From the NCBI GenBank assembly GCA_021820245.1, contig JAKADT010000001.1:1-55811 (forward strand): DNA of 55,811 nucleotides. The letters are read 5' to 3'. Made by a program: the position numbers and the translations under genes. A model generated the notes under the pieces. That model was not told the DNA's origin. It worked only from the letters and a program-made list of their open reading frames with translations, and made no database searches. The DNA comes from Thermoplasmata archaeon. Its GTDB lineage: Archaea > Thermoplasmatota > Thermoplasmata > Thermoplasmatales > Thermoplasmataceae. Shown here piece by piece: positions 55,519 to 55,811 of this stretch. Within the stretch, counting starts at the first letter, position 1, and each line of letters starts with the position of its first letter.

Positions 55519-55638
55519 ATGTGTTCAGATTGTGTTGATGAATCCTGTAACTGCAAGTACTGCTACGGATACCGGCACAATTCCGCATGCCCTGATTGCG
55601 GACATACAATATTTCTTGACTGTTGCCAGGGTTTCTGA
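55519..55638 (+). CDS. 39-aa Cys-rich microprotein (CPxCG zinc-finger/metallothionein-like)
   Basis: Hand translation: MCSDCVDESCNCKYCYGYRHNSACPDCGHTIFLDCCQGF*; 9 Cys; TTTATAA at 55484-55490. Confidence 0.75.
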   Translation: MCSDCVDESCNCKYCYGYRHNSACPDCGHTIFLDCCQGF

Positions 55639-55705
55639 TCTTTTAACAAAATTTGATTCTGTTTAAATGTAATATAAAATGGAGTGAAAAATATATTTTA
55701 TAGCC

Positions 55706-55810
55706 TTATTCAGGCTTTTCTGATGATATCACAGGTATTGGTTCATCAAGGTTCAGTCCGATCTCATCGTCCCTGAGCTTTCTCCCTATGCTTCTCTCGT
55801 AGAAGGAGAT
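55706..55810 (-). CDS. 3' end of a gene running in from beyond the window
   Basis: Open frame ...ISFYERSIGRKLRDDEIGLNLDEPIPVISSEKPE*; product not identifiable. Confidence 0.55.
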   Translation of the reverse strand: MSFYERSIGRKLRDDEIGLNLDEPIPVISSEKPE

Positions 55811-55811
55811 G

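Noticed and set aside
55536-55595. Possible C/D box sRNA (TGATGA...CTGA, 60 nt)
   Set aside because: No convincing C'/D' boxes or rRNA-complementary guide was recognised; the Cys-rich ORF explains the sequence better.

Overview
Chromosomal window from an acidophilic Thermoplasmatales-type archaeon, judged from the fused RpoB, N-extended RpoA'', a Ta0583-type actin and archaeal r-proteins/tRNAs. The right ~60% is mostly core: prpD-prpB, JAMM/NAD kinase/IMPase, rps13-rps4-rps11-rpoD, a cupredoxin-Rieske-cytochrome b operon, taw2, hemCD, tRNA-iMet, eif1a-rio1-KH, an APC permease, tRNA-Lys-rpoH-B-A'-A''-nusA, an aldolase, mtnA and trpS. The left ~20 kb is an accessory region with integrase and IS remnants. 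Best candidates for undescribed biology: (1) a catabolic cluster combining TcuAB, an MFS transporter, a LeuCD-type hydro-lyase, a family III CoA-transferase and a divergent DRE-TIM enzyme, which reads as an oxidise-hydrate-activate-cleave route for a di/tricarboxylate; (2) a ~12-TM His-containing protein divergent from heme O synthase that looks like a circularly permuted, CuB-less heme-copper oxidase subunit I/NnrS fold; (3) a chromosomal ParM-like actin plus ParR-like ribbon-helix-helix pair; (4) a cupredoxin with an atypical H...C-x3-C...M...M ligand set in the Rieske/cytochrome b operon; (5) an unlisted 39-aa, 9-Cys microprotein with its own promoter; (6) a degenerate group II intron 3' end. 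All functional calls come from motif recognition by eye; no database searches were run.
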